Shown: in pieces, positions 12,801 to 25,101 of the stretch
Position numbering within the stretch: the stretch's first letter is position 1
How the letters are laid out: each line of letters starts with the position of its first letter
Source: Botryllus schlosseri
Lineage: Eukaryota
DNA: 64,000 nt
Direction: 5' to 3'
Assembly: GCA_051294905.1 (NCBI GenBank)
Contig: CM119375.1
Location: 24,552,001-24,616,000, forward strand
Notes under the pieces: generated by a model
The model's input: only the letters and a program-made list of their open reading frames with translations
Databases searched by the model: none
Told to the model about the DNA's origin: nothing
Translations under genes and position numbers: made by a program

Positions 12801-14373
12801 TATAAAGGACATCATAGCTTTATAGTTGTAGTTTTGAAATTGTATTTTCACGGACCCCAGGGTAAGAACCCCTGTATTAGAGCTACCGTATATAAGATCG
12901 TAAATGGAGGTACCGCCAACACCACCAGTTGAACCTGGTTCTTACAGTGTTGAAAAGACTGCCGCCTCACTTTCTGTGTGGCAACAAGTTGCTTCATTAC
13001 CATTGCGTTTCACAATTCTGGTAGTGTTCATCTTCAAGGAATGTACGTCACTGCTAGGCCTCCATTGACGCAAATATAATGTATGCGTGTTGCCTTCAAT
13101 CAAGCATGGCTGAATCAGTTATGCTGCCTTTGCACATGGTCCAAGTATGAGTTGCACTACTTGAAATTGGGATGACGAATGCAAGAAAATCAGTTCGAAC
13201 GTGACATTTACAGATGGATAAATGCTAGCGAGTTGATAAATGTAGGGGGCTACATTTTCAGACATCTCTATGTCACATTTTGCTAATAAATATCGCAATT
13301 GTGCTGCGGATTTTCATGTTTTATTGCACAACTGATTCAGAAAATTTCAGGATTACATTTTGTGACAATGCTGTGGGTTGATGATATGCTACAATACGAC
13401 CAATCTAGGTTTACGTTCTTCCACAGAGGAAAATACAATAAAAATTCTTGTTGATGAATCAACTGATGGTGGCAAAGAAAGTATGATTTCAGTAAACTTG
13501 ACTCATATCTCTTTAGAATTATTACTCAATTCTGGTTCAAGTACATGAATGATCGTCCCCACCCCTAGTTATCATTACAAAAACAATAAATGCATAAATT
13601 GCTACATTTCCCCCTACTCAGAGATGCCATGTTACTCTACCCAACTTACTTTAGTCAGATTCTCATTTGAAAAGTACTGCTCCAGTAATGTACGGATCTT
13701 TATCTCGACTTCCTCGCTTGGAGGCACCCACGACGAGTCTTCCTTCAGCATGTCTTGGAAGTCAGGTGACTTAAAGGAATAGTACGTTTATAGGCATGCT
13801 TTTGTCCTTGATGTATATCGACTCATGACACACGATCTAGCAATACTCAATATAGAATAGCTTCCATTGAAGAGTTGCAATTTCAGTAAGCATTTAAGAG
13901 TTAATAAACATCAAACGAAGTCATTCTGTATCCAGAGAGTATTGGTCAGAAGAGTGTTGGAAATGGGTGAATGGCACAATTTATTTCACGCTGCATACCA
14001 TCAATGGAAATTAGATGAACTTATCCAAATGGCTTTGGTAACTTTTCAGCAGAACCTATAATTCGTCTAATAACAGCAACAGTCACCCGCAGGCCGCATT
14101 AACTGACATTTGTTAGCCAGTTATTTGCTAGCATAGTCAAAATAATAGAATTAGTCCTACCACCAATCTGCTACAAATGACTGGACAAAAATTTACACAA
14201 ATTCAACAGATCTAATCTACATGAGACATAGCTTAGCTGCTTTAATGTGTTCACTGTTGAGCAGGATAAATTTACAACAGCAGTGTAAATATTTCAAATG
14301 AACTCACATCATCATCTTCACCAGCACTGCTCACTGGTGTTGACCCGCCTTCTTCCTCTTGCAGTTTGGACAC
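839..14373 (-). CDS. LARP6: La-related protein 6 (Acheron), partial spliced CDS. Exons: 14308-14373, 13650-13769, 7101-7256, 6724-6837, 4637-4798, 2691-2836, 2045-2187, 839-913
   Basis: All exons have AG/GT ends and compatible phases. Translation gives the La motif (WVPPSEEVEIKIRTLLEQYFSNENLTK-DKFLLKHVKRNKQGYVSVKLLTSFKKIK), then an RRM (EKFQEYGQLTTVRIIRAGTEVPMDLR...CVVIEFETTEGAQNAY), then an SP-rich tail. This matches LARP6 as I recall it. Start exon and the C-terminal LSA/SUZ-C exon were not found. Confidence 0.92.
5371..5891. mobile_element. Non-autonomous TIR element (MITE) with long inverted arms, in a LARP6 intron
   Basis: Starts GGGCTCTTCA, ends TGAAGAGCCC, TA on both sides. About 120-bp near-identical inverted termini, plus a second internal inverted block (about 5600-5690 vs 5720-5810). 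Confidence 0.8.
7404..9121 (-). mobile_element. Decayed TA-targeting DNA transposon (Tc1/mariner-pogo-like; superfamily tentative)
   Basis: About 24-bp TIRs GGGGGGG(A/G)TGGGGGAA(T/C)TTGAGTA, TA flanks, repeated subterminal AAATTGAGTA motifs. Broken minus-strand coding remnants at 8393-8575 and 7918-8124. Confidence 0.7.
9246..12634 (+). mobile_element. Sola2-type DNA transposon, 3389 bp
   Basis: About 500-bp TIRs starting GGGTCAGATCATGTCAA. 4-bp TSD TGGT at 9242-9245 and 12635-12638. Internal DDE-type transposase. 4-bp TSD, GRG termini and long TIRs are the described Sola2 hallmarks. Confidence 0.88.
9865..11792 (+). pseudogene. Sola2 transposase, disrupted (frameshift near 10715, apparent deletion/frameshift near 10005)
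   Basis: ORFs 9995-10741 and 10728-11792 carry ELRPKWCV, CVCTIHQN, DFAENYSF, FSDGCAAQYKN and FFATSHGKSPCDGVGGTVKR, in two frames. An N-terminal piece (9865-10050) is in a different frame from 9995-10741. Confidence 0.85.
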
Positions 14374-16154
14374 CTAACAAAGCAAAGGAGTTGGAGTTAC
14401 ATAGTTACCATTTATGTGCTTTATGAATAGGTACCAACACTACGTAAAGAGTGCATTTCAGGACATAGCCTAGACACGAATAGGCTAGCCTACTATTATA
14501 TCCAAGTAATGAATTCACAGACCGATTAAGAATTTGTCAAAGTCATCACTTTTGGGAGGCAGGTGGATGAAAGAAGCATGTCTTGGCTGCTGAGCAATGT
14601 ATATGACCAAACACAAAATTGCTCTACTGCCTAATAATAGGATTTAATTACAGGTATCATTTGCTGTTGCATAACATATGACAGATTACTCCATCAATGT
14701 AAGACAACATTGCATACACATTGTAACTGTAGGCCTAGCACTGAAATTATGCTTCTCAATGACTGCTATTGTTATCAAGGTCTCACCTCGGAATTTTACT
14801 TAGCAATGTTTTATATATATTCATTTAACCCATTCGGAAAAGTTTTGCGGTGTGGTCATGTAATTTCGTGACTGCCTACACCTTTTCAAAATTATGACTT
14901 CAGGATCATTTATGAACATGGTATTTAAATGTCAAATCAATAAAATATGTGATATGGAATGAAGATGAGCAAAATCTGTAAAATTTAGATTTTACATGTA
15001 TAATTTTGTGCACTAAGTGTCCTTATTGCGTATTCAATCACACCAATTCGAAGGAATACGCTACTGAGGAAATATATTATGGTCTTTCAAAATCAGCATG
15101 TTTTATGTCAAACTAATCAAAGAGATATTTACGCAACACCTACATAGTAAGCCTATAGCATACTCGGTGAGCGAAAATGATGTCTTTACACAATCAAGCA
15201 CTACAGACCTACATGTGACATGTCACAGTCATGGTTCTTCAATGCATCACCACAAAACGTTTGTGATAGGTAGCCTATAACATGAAGTACCGTATGTATA
15301 ACATTTACATCACTCAATTTTAAAATAGTCATCCACAAACAAGCAAAGCTATTCTAGATATTATTGCACTATGTTTGCTTTGATTTTTTTTCATTCTTTC
15401 CTTTCCTCAACTATTAGTGTGTTTCCGTTACCATTCTTAGATTACGATTCTAGTATTAGTAGGCTATATCTTGACAATATTTACACCAATCTGTTTTTGA
15501 TTCGAGTAATTCCAGTTCTCAATTATTTAGCATAATGCATGGTCAGGTCATACCACAACGGATTGTAGTGTGATAGAGGATAATTATGAAAAATCCCTTG
15601 TATGGGCCTCTCTCTACAAACATTTAGCTGATTCGAAATAAGAAAAATATAGGCCTATAGGCCTACTTCACAGCAAGTTATAGAGAGTGGAAGGTGATTT
15701 TCAATTCTTACAAAGGCCTACCTCTGAAAACTCCAGAAAATTGGTAAAATCAACTTACATGAGTAACTTTTATGTCAATCAGATCGCCTGGACGTATATT
15801 CTCTTCGTTTTCAACTTTGCTTGTTTCAACGATATCCCCATTATCCATTTCTTTAGGCCTAGGCTATCCTTCAACAATTACTTAGCGATAGCCTAACAAA
15901 ACTAATCCTAACTCCTATGCAAAAACTGCAAACATCGAGTAGAGATATAACTTATGATGTGCTGAATTAATTGGAATACATCATCAAAAGGTCGGCAACT
16001 GATAAACGAATTCAAGAAATGAAACTGCAAGCAAACCAATGGAATTCCCCATCATACATTTATAATGAAGGTCACAGCTCGGCAAAAAAACTTGAATATA
16101 TGTTTCAGTAACATGTAACGGCCAACAGAACAGCAACAGCTATAACACCTAACA

Positions 16155-16606
16155 TAGGCTTACCATATTTTGGAAATCTAAATAGAGGACACTTTTTCAG
16201 AAATTTGAGACTTGCAAAACCGGAGAAGAATTCTCAAAAACCGGTGAATTTTTCGCACTCTGTGATTGGTTGACTAAAAAAAAGGTCATCTTTTCATCTT
16301 TTCCGCTCAGAGCTCAAAATACCATTTTTCCGCATTGCTAGGTGGATGACTAAAAAAAAAAGCTCATTTTTCCGCCCAGAGCTAAGATCACCGTTTTTCA
16401 CTCTGAAATAACCGCCGGAGCGTCACTTCTGTGCTAATTTACGGCATATCACTCGCAATTTGCTCTAAATCTGACCTAAATTTTCAAAAAAAAGGACAAA
16501 ATCTCAAAAAAGAGGACAAAAGGGCGTCCTCCGAGGACACTTTCAAAAAAGTCAAAAAAGAGGTCAAATCCTCTTAAAAGAGGACGTATGGTAATTGGTA
16601 ACCCTA
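16155..16606. mobile_element. hAT-type MITE, TAGGGTTACCATA family
   Basis: TAGGCTTACCATA ... TGGTAACCCTA termini, GAGGAC arrays, degenerate 8-bp TSD (ACCTAACA/ACCTATCT). Same family as 39080-39448. Confidence 0.75.
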
Positions 16607-17444
16607 ACCTATCTATAACAACACCAAGTCACTACCCTCAATTACATTACAGCAATCCCCTTGTTTTGTATACATATTTCGATATTTTCTCTACCAGTAT
16701 ACATGCCTTCATCGAACTGCGTTCCTTTCGCTTATATAAAGCCGAGAGGTGATTTATTAGACGTTATACTGGAGCCGGGGCGTAAACCAGGTAATTTTAA
16801 TCAATTCATTACATGTGATTACAGTTTTTCTCCCATTACAGACCCGATTCTGAGGCGTGGGCAGACTAGAACTGCAAGAGATCAAATGTACAAAGTTAGA
16901 ACGATAAATACAACGTCTTACAATTGAACAGATTCCACTAATAATTACATTATGACAGAGTTAAAACGCCGGTAACAGCTTCGACCAAAGCCATACGACC
17001 GCAGCGAGTCTGCGACACGACAGCGCAAATGATGCGTATCCAGTCATAACAAACACAACCACTGAGCTATACAATAGAACTTGGTAAACACTGCGCTAAA
17101 GCAACCCAAAAATTGGTACGTTATAAACATAATCATACTCTCGGTTTCTATTAAATTCAATCCGCTCAAGACACACAATGTAAAATGTGATACCCGACTC
17201 CAGGCCTACTATACTGACAGACCACGGTAAGAATGCGGACGTAATCTGTTTCAGTATTATACAACACAAAACCCACTGTAAATTAAAATATGGACCTGTG
17301 CAAATTTTATACTACTTTTAGCTGTACCTAGTTGAGTAATGAGTAACCCAGCGCTAGACGATGCTATATTGTTATGAACAAATAGGTAGATGTCGAAACC
17401 ATCACACGGTCAAGTTCAGTGGTTCCCAACCTGGTATGGTTGAC

Positions 17445-17840
17445 AAAAATTATCATCGCTCTATCAAATATGCCGGACCTGAAGTGTGGAACAGTATCTC
17501 GCCGGCTATCCGACAGTCGTCAAGAATATCCTCATTCAAGTCGAAATACAAGAAATTTCTGCTGAGTGAATACTAGTCAGCCCTCACCATTTACCGGACC
17601 ACGACCTGATGACATATCGATCTCGCCATCCGTCACCTCTGCCACTTTCTATTAGCTTCTTTTACTTTCATTCAGTGTGTCCTCTTTACATCGCCTAGGC
17701 CTAAGTGTCTGATCTTAAGAATGCTCCTAGTCGTCTCGGCATCTTCCTATCATTCATTGTATTGCAGTCTTGTGATGTTTTGAAGTGATGAAATTTTATG
17801 AATAAACATGAACATGAACATGAACTTGAACTTGAACTTG
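17445..17840 (+). mobile_element. 5'-truncated LINE 3' end (L2/Crack/CR1 group)
   Basis: C-terminal peptide SIKYAGPEVWNSISPAIRQSSRISSFKSKYKKFLLSEY*, then a UTR, AATAAA and an (ATGAAC/TTGAAC)n tail. Confidence 0.75.
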
Positions 17841-18535
17841 GGAGAAATTCCCCCTGGGGGAATTTTGCAATTTCTACGGAGGTATTCCAATTTAGAATTA
17901 TAACGGATTTCCAAAATTGTTCATGTCCGAACTGTCATGTAGTCAACCAGTTATATCCGAACATATCCTCTTTATGGATGTTTATTTTTTGTTGAAAGTA
18001 TGTTCAAATGCTATTTGAACTCTCTTTTTCTCATACAAACTCTCCCTGTTTTTCTTTTAAAAAACTAGTTCAGATGTGTTGCAGTTCGCAAGAGAATTTT
18101 GTAGCCCAGCGATGGCCTCCCAATCAAATATATCTTAAGCGAGCAAATGCCGTGCTGAATCTATCACAACAAGGCCTCTAATTGAAAATGATTCGACTTG
18201 ACTCGCGTGCGAAAAGCGGAAATGACTCAACTCGACTCGATTCAATCTATGTATTGATTTGACTTTGTCTCGAGTCATTGCGCATTACTCTAAACAAGTC
18301 ATATAACTCAAGACTCAGACGGTCACGCAGTGGTTCTCAAAATTTTTGTCTTTGCGAACCCCTTCAGGACCTTCACGGACCTCCGCGGACCCCCACAAGT
18401 TTTCGTTCAAATTTAGCCAAATTATCGAGCAACCGTCATCTGTCTTGTGTATTAACTATAGGCTTCTGAGAAACACCAACAAAATGACTTTTCGTGAAAA
18501 TACCATCATTAGCCTATATGTAGAAATTGGGTAGG

Positions 18536-21500
18536 CAATGTTCCCTCTAAGCTGCGCACGTGCGCAAATGCGCAGTGCTGAACCGGTCTCTGCGCACAGA
18601 AAATCTTCGCTGCGCACAAAAAAATAGATAGGGATGACTTTTTTTCTTTTTTCTAATTGTTGTTCTCCAAGGGACCGCGCAAGCGCGCAGACTCGTGAAA
18701 AACCAGAGGGAACATTGCCAGGGGCCAATAGTGTTATCGGTGAAGTCTGAAACCGAGGTACAAGTGCGGCCAGTAAAGGTAAATATTGCGGTCTGTGAAG
18801 AAATGATAATTTGCAATGACGTGCGCCTCGCGGAAGAGATTTTTCTTTTAGTATGGTCTCGTACGCGTGAGCGATACTGATATCATTTCAGTAACACAAT
18901 CTTTTCTGGGAATGGCTAAATAACAATGGGCGAGCGAGAAACTAACGAATAGTCTTCTCCGTGTGGCATGAACATTGTGTAAGATTTACTGTACAATTAT
19001 ACATGCCGTGAATTTTCGAAGTCATCACTTTCATCAGGCAAATCTGATCACGTATGGTGAGATAGAATAATATGCAGAATATGCAAGTAGGCCTACAAGC
19101 ACCAACATTGTTGAAAAATCCATCCCCTTGCAAACGTTGATCGAGAAACGCTGCAACTATGCCAGAACGATCGGCAGCGAGAAAACCTTGGCCGTAAAAG
19201 ACTGCCCTATGCTGACCGAAAACTTCGGTATACAAAATACATATAGGTTTAATCGTCCATATAGGCGCCTAAATGACTGGCGCCGAATGTTCCTGTCTTG
19301 GCAATCTGAACCTCACAAGACAATTAAATACCATCCCGCAGGAAAAAAATTATATGCCAGTAAAGAAATACCAATCCGAAATCGTGTGATCTTTCAGTTT
19401 AGTATGTTTGGGCGATTCCATATTTTTGATATAACAGACAGGAGATCACAAAATAACATCATGTAACGAAGTCATACCAACGGGTCCGCCCGCCCGAAGA
19501 TGTCCAATTATTATTTACGGGCTCTGCAGTTTCAAAGACACCTCAGTCAGCTCTACTGGTAAATCTGATTATACGTGAGCAGAGAGGACAAGGAATAGAT
19601 AGCAAAAAATATGCATTTCCCGATCTTATTGGGCATCCCTAAAAGACGGAGAAGCGGAGGCAGCGGAGACAGCGGAGGCAGCGGAGAACGGACCCTAAAA
19701 CGCGGAAACAGCGGAGACAGCGGAGAGAGCCAAAAATGCCGATTCCTAAAAGACGGAGTTAGCGGAGGAAGCGGAGAGCGGAGCTTTCGGTCATTAACCT
19801 TTATAGACACGCGCGACATAGCGGACGGATACTGAAAGCGGAGTTCGGGACCCAGCGAAATGGACATAGCGGACGGTTATATAATATAGAAAGCGCAGAT
19901 CAGGGCGTATCGGAAGATGTTTCGAAGCAGTGGAGAATAACGGAGAAGTCAGCCATGCAAGTTAAAGGCCAATTGGGCGACTGATTGCCCGTAGATGAGA
20001 TGACATAACGGACGGATACTGAAAGCGGAGTTCGGGGCGTATCGGAAGATGTTTCGAAGCAGTGGAGAATAACGGAGAAGTCAGCCATGCTATTTCGAGG
20101 CCAATTTGGCGACAGATTGCCCGTCGATGAGATGACATAGCGGACGGATACTGAAAGCGGAGTTCGGGGCCCCGCGAAATAGACATAGCGGACGGTTATA
20201 TAATATAGAAAGCGGAGATCATGGCGTATCGAAAGATGTTTCGAAGCAGTGGAGAATAACGGAGAAGTCAGCCATGCAAGTTAAAGGCCAATTTGGCGAC
20301 TGATTGCCCATCGATGAGGACATAGCGGGCGGTTATATAATACAAGGAAAGCGGAGTTCGGGGCGTATCAGAAGATGTTTCGAAGCAGTGGAGAATAACG
20401 GAGAAGTCAGCCATGCAAGTTGAAGGCCAATTGGGCGACTGATTGCCCATCGATGAGGACATAGCGGGCGGTTATATAATACAAGGAAAGCGGAGTTCGG
20501 GGCGTATCAGAAGATGTTTCGAAGCAGTGGAGAATAACGGAGAAGTCAGCCATGCGAGTTCAAGGCCAATTTGGCGACTGATTGCCCGTCGATGAGATGA
20601 CATAGCGGGCGGTTATATAATACAAGGAAAGCGGAGTTCGGGGCGTATCAGAAGATGTTTCGAAACAGTGGAGAATAACGGAGAAGTCAGCCATGCTATT
20701 TCAAGGCCAATTTGGCGACTGATTGCCCGTCGATGAGATGACATAGCGGACGGATACTGAAAGCGGAGTTCGGGGCCCCGCGAAATAGTCATGGCGTACG
20801 GTTATATAATATAGAAAGCGGAGATCAGGGCGTATCGGAAGATGTTTCGAAGCAGTGGAGAATAACGGAGAAGTCAGCCATGCAAGTTAAAGGCCAATTG
20901 GGCGACTGATTGCCCGTCGATGAGATGACATAACGGACGGATACTGAAAGCGGAGTTCGGGGCGTATCGAAAGATGTTTCGAAGCAGTGGAGAATAACGG
21001 AGAATTCAGCCATGCGAGTTCAAGGCCAATTTGGCGACTGATTGACCGTCGATGAGATGACATAACGGACGGATACTGAAAGCGGAGTTCGGGGCGTATC
21101 GGAAGATGTTTCGAAACAGTGGAGAATAACGGAGAAGTCAGCCATGCTATTTCAAGGCCAATTTGGCGACTGATTGCCCGTCGATGAGATGACATAGCGG
21201 ACGGATACTGAAAGCGGAGTTCGGGGCCCCGCGAAATAGACATAGCGGACGGTTATATAATATAGAAAGCGGAGATCAGGGCGTATCGGAAGATGTTTCG
21301 AAGCAGTGGAGAATAACGGAGAAGTCAGCCATGCGAATTTCAGGCCAATTTGGTGATTGCTTGCTCATCGATGAGATGACATAGCGGGCGGTTATATAAT
21401 ACAAGGAAAGCGGAGTTCGGGGCGTATCAGAAGATGTTTCGAAGCAGTGGAGAATAACGGAGAAGTCAGCCATGCGAATTTCAGGCCAATTTGGTGATTG

Positions 21501-24131
21501 CTTGCCCATCGATGAGATGACATAGCGGGCAGTTATATAATACAAGGAAAGCGGAGTTCGGGGCGTATCGAAAGATGTTTCGAAGCAGTGGAGAATAACG
21601 GAGAAGTCAGCAATGCGAGTTCAAGGCCAATTTGGCGACTGATTGCCCGTCGATGAGATGACATAGCGGACGGATACTGAAAGCGGAGTTCGGGGCCCCG
21701 CGAAATAAACATAGCGGACGGTTATATAATATAGAAAGCGGAGATCAGGGCGTATCGGAAGATGTTTCGAAGCAGTGGAGAATAACGGAGAAGTCAGCCA
21801 TGCGAATTTCAGGCCAATTTGGTGATTGCTTGCCCATCGATGAGATGACATAGCGGACGCGTTTCGTATGACAATTTAACTGATGATAGTTGTGGAATAT
21901 TATACTGAACTACTTTCTACTTTACAAAAACCGAATTGTAAATGTAATTAGTTCATCCAGAATACTGTTCAGGTAGATGTTGAAGTCATTGCGAAACATT
22001 ACACTTCAGTAAGTACCGGAAATAGCCCAAATCTACTTGATTACCTCGAATAAGTAGAGATATTCAACATATATAATATCTGAACAACGTGATGTGATAT
22101 AGCAAAAATAACGTCAGATTCGTATTCAGCGCCCCCAAATTAGGTATAATAGACCCGAAGAAGTCCTGGCGCAAAAATCCTGTAGATCAGCGTTATTGGT
22201 GCTGACTTCTCCGTTATTCTCCACTGCTTCGAAACATCTTCCGATACGCCCCGAACTCCGCTTTCAGTATCCGTCCGTTATGTCATCTCATCGACGCGCA
22301 ATCAGTCGCCAAATTGGCCTTGAACTCGCATTGCTGACTTCTCCGTTATTTCCCACTGCTTCAAAACATTTTCCGATACGCCCCGATATCCGCTTTCCTT
22401 GTATTATATAACCGCCCGCTATGTCATCTCATCGACGGGCAATCAGTCGCCAAATTGGCCTTGAACTCGCATGGCTGACTTCTCCGTTATTCTCCACTGC
22501 TTCGAAACATCTTCTGATACGCCCCGAACTCCGCTTTCCTTGTATTATATAACCGCCCGCTATGTCATCTCATCGATGGGCAATCAGTCGCCAAATTGGC
22601 CTTGAACTCGCATTGCTGACTTCTCCGTTATTCTCCACTGCTTCGAAACATCTTCCGATACGCCCCGAACTCCGCTTTCAGTATCCGTCCGTTATGTCAT
22701 CTCATCGACGGGCAATCAGTCGCCCAATTGGCCTTTAACTTGCATGGCTGACTTCTCGGTTATTCTCCACTGCTTCGAAACATCTTCTGATACGCCCCGA
22801 ACTCCGCTTTCCTTGTATTATATAACCGCCCGCTATGTCCTCATCGATGGGCAATCAGTCGCCAAATTGGCCTTTAACTTGCATGGCTGACTTCTCCGTT
22901 ATTCTCCACTGCTTCGAAACATCTTTCGATACGCCATGATCTCCGCTTTCTATATTATATAACCGTCCGCTATGTCTATTTCGCGGGGCCCCGAACTCCG
23001 CTTTCAGTATCCGTCCGCTATGTCATCTCATCGACGGGCAATCAGTCGCCAAATTGGCCTTGAAATAGCATGGCTGACTTCTCCGTTATTCTCCACTGCT
23101 TCGAAACATCTTCCGATACGCCCCGAACTCCGCTTTCAGTATCCGTCCGTTATGTCATCTCATCGACGGGCAATCAGTCGCCCAATTGGCCTTTAACTTG
23201 CATGGCTGACTTCTCCGTTATTCTCCACTGCTTCGAAACATCTTCCGATACGCCCTGATCTGCGCTTTCTATATTATATAACCGTCCGCTATGTCCATTT
23301 CGCTGGGTCCCGAACTCCGCTTTCATTATCTGTCCGCTATGTCGCGCGTGTCTTTAAAGGTCAATGACCGAAAGCTCCGCTCTCCGCTTCCTCCGCTAAC
23401 TCCGTCTTTTAGGAATCGGCATTTTTGGCTCTCTCCGCTGTCTCCGCTGTTTCCGCGTTTTAGGGTCCGTTCTCCGCTGCCTCCGCTGTCTCCGCTGCCT
23501 CCGCTTCTCCGTCTTTTAGGGATGCCCATCTTATTGACCGATTTTATCATGAATTATCGAAAATTTTCGCGCTTCGCGTTGGCTCACTAGACAGTACTGC
23601 TATAATTTCGTGGCAAAAGCGAACAATGTAATGGGGGGGGGCAGTTTATCACCCTATGGGAGCCCAAGACTCCAGTTTTCTTGGGGAGGGGGGCTAACGA
23701 AGTGCTGTTTCGCTCCTGCCAACGGGTATATGCACCGGGAGATGTTAAATTATTATGGAGGGGTCCTACCTTTTCAAACACACCTCCCTCAGCTCTACCG
23801 GTAGATCAGATTACGTGAGCAGAGAGAGGATAAAAATTGATAGCAATATATACGCAATTCCCGATCATATTGACCGATTCAGTCATGAATTAAAAGAATT
23901 TCTCGCGCTTCGCGCGTTTACGCGAGAGAAGGTGACTCAGTAAACGGTAGACCCAAAGAAGCAGATAAGTAGCGGGAAACAGCGTATAGCCTGAGGGGGG
24001 TCTGGAGGGCGAAGCCTCCCAGAAGTTCGGCTTATCACCATATGGGGGGCATGGTTGCGCACTGTTGTCCATGGCCTGCGCAGTGAGTTGGCATGTTTGC
24101 GCAGACTCGCGAAAAATTAGAGGGAACATTG
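18536..24131. mobile_element. Composite non-autonomous hAT element (CAATGTTCCCTCTA TIR), copy 1, interrupted by a foldback element
   Basis: TIRs at 18536 and 24131. Nearly identical to 35531-37230 once 19631-23527 is removed. Flanking 8-mers TGGGTAGG/GACGTAGG match only 5/8. Confidence 0.88.
19631..23527. mobile_element. Foldback-type element, 3897 bp, with tandem-repeat inverted arms and no ORF
   Basis: Perfect termini GGGCATCCCTAAAAGACGGAG. 8-bp TSD ATCTTATT (9 bp ATCTTATTG if the ends are read asymmetrically). Empty site present in the second hAT copy at about 36615-36630. Left arm 13 units, right arm 8 inverted units, about 335-bp spacer. Confidence 0.93.
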
Positions 24132-25101
24132 GACGTAGGCTACTTTTATCATTTCGAAGCGATTTTGACAGTTGTATTTATTGTTTTGAAAATCCCCGTC
24201 TTTATTTGATATAAACGAGTGCCGAGGATATTTTCACAAAGATAGGTGCTGACGAATGTAATATTAACGCATATCAGTTTTGACGACACCTTTGTGTGTG
24301 ACCGCAACGTATATGGCATCAAAATTGGGAAACAGAGTAGTGATAATTAATATAGGGTTACCATACGTCCTCCCTTAAGAATATTTGTCGACTCCTTTTG
24401 AAAGAAATGTCCTACCTTATTCGCCCAATCTAAAAGCATTGACAAATTGTATGCGTCATTGCATTAATGAATCCAAGTTTGCCAATCTGAGAAAGATTGC
24501 CATGACACTATAGTATATATACTTATTCAGTTCAAGTGTCGGCTACATACTTTCGCGAGCAAACATTTTTGACAGCGTTAACAATACCAAGCTGCGTTGC
24601 AATCTAAATGATGTTTACGTGAAGTTTTGACAAGGGTTTCTACGTCCGACATGCAGCCAAAGAGCAAAGAACATGTTGAGAACTTTGATCGACTGTTTAC
24701 ATTATATACGATTTATTAGTTGTTAAGTAGGCCTACTTCATTTTCCCATATCAGGCCCTCCGACTGTAGAAGTTTCCCGCCCCTGGTCTAATGCGTAATT
24801 ATGACCTATTCCTATGAAATTTGTTCCTTTAGCGATTGTCGGATTGCTGTTGAACCTGCTCTGATTGTTTCACTCGACTGGATTTTTTAATAAACCGTTA
24901 TGGAAAACCTTTTTCTCCGGAAATCAATAATCCCACAAATATCTCTTTTATTCTTCAGTTTCTTCAGAAGAGGTTTCAACCAAGCTGACAATCAGTATAA
25001 TATTCATTGATGTGCGGTGAGATTTATGACTGCTTGTGAGGCACTGACCCCCCCCCCCAACCACACACACACACACACACGTAACTGTTGCAGACATAAT
25101 C

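Noticed and set aside
16661-16927. Plus-strand ORF with an apparent 51-nt in-frame intron
   Set aside because: No recognisable protein and no linked exons.
18456-19466. ORFs duplicated at 35514-36461
   Set aside because: They are duplicated only because the hAT element is; no transposase or other recognisable motif.
19904-23254. CRISPR-like repeat/spacer appearance
   Set aside because: Units are 132-187 bp, the variable parts recur instead of being unique, the arrays are inverted arms of a TSD-flanked element, and there are no cas genes.
19553-23590. Many short repetitive ORFs (MSISRGPELRFQYP..., MADFSVILHCF...)
   Set aside because: They are translations of the tandem repeat on both strands and lack domain signatures.
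25048-25080. Poly-C/(CA)n run, and (CAAT)n runs near 30865 and 63415
   Set aside because: Ordinary microsatellites or retroelement tails.
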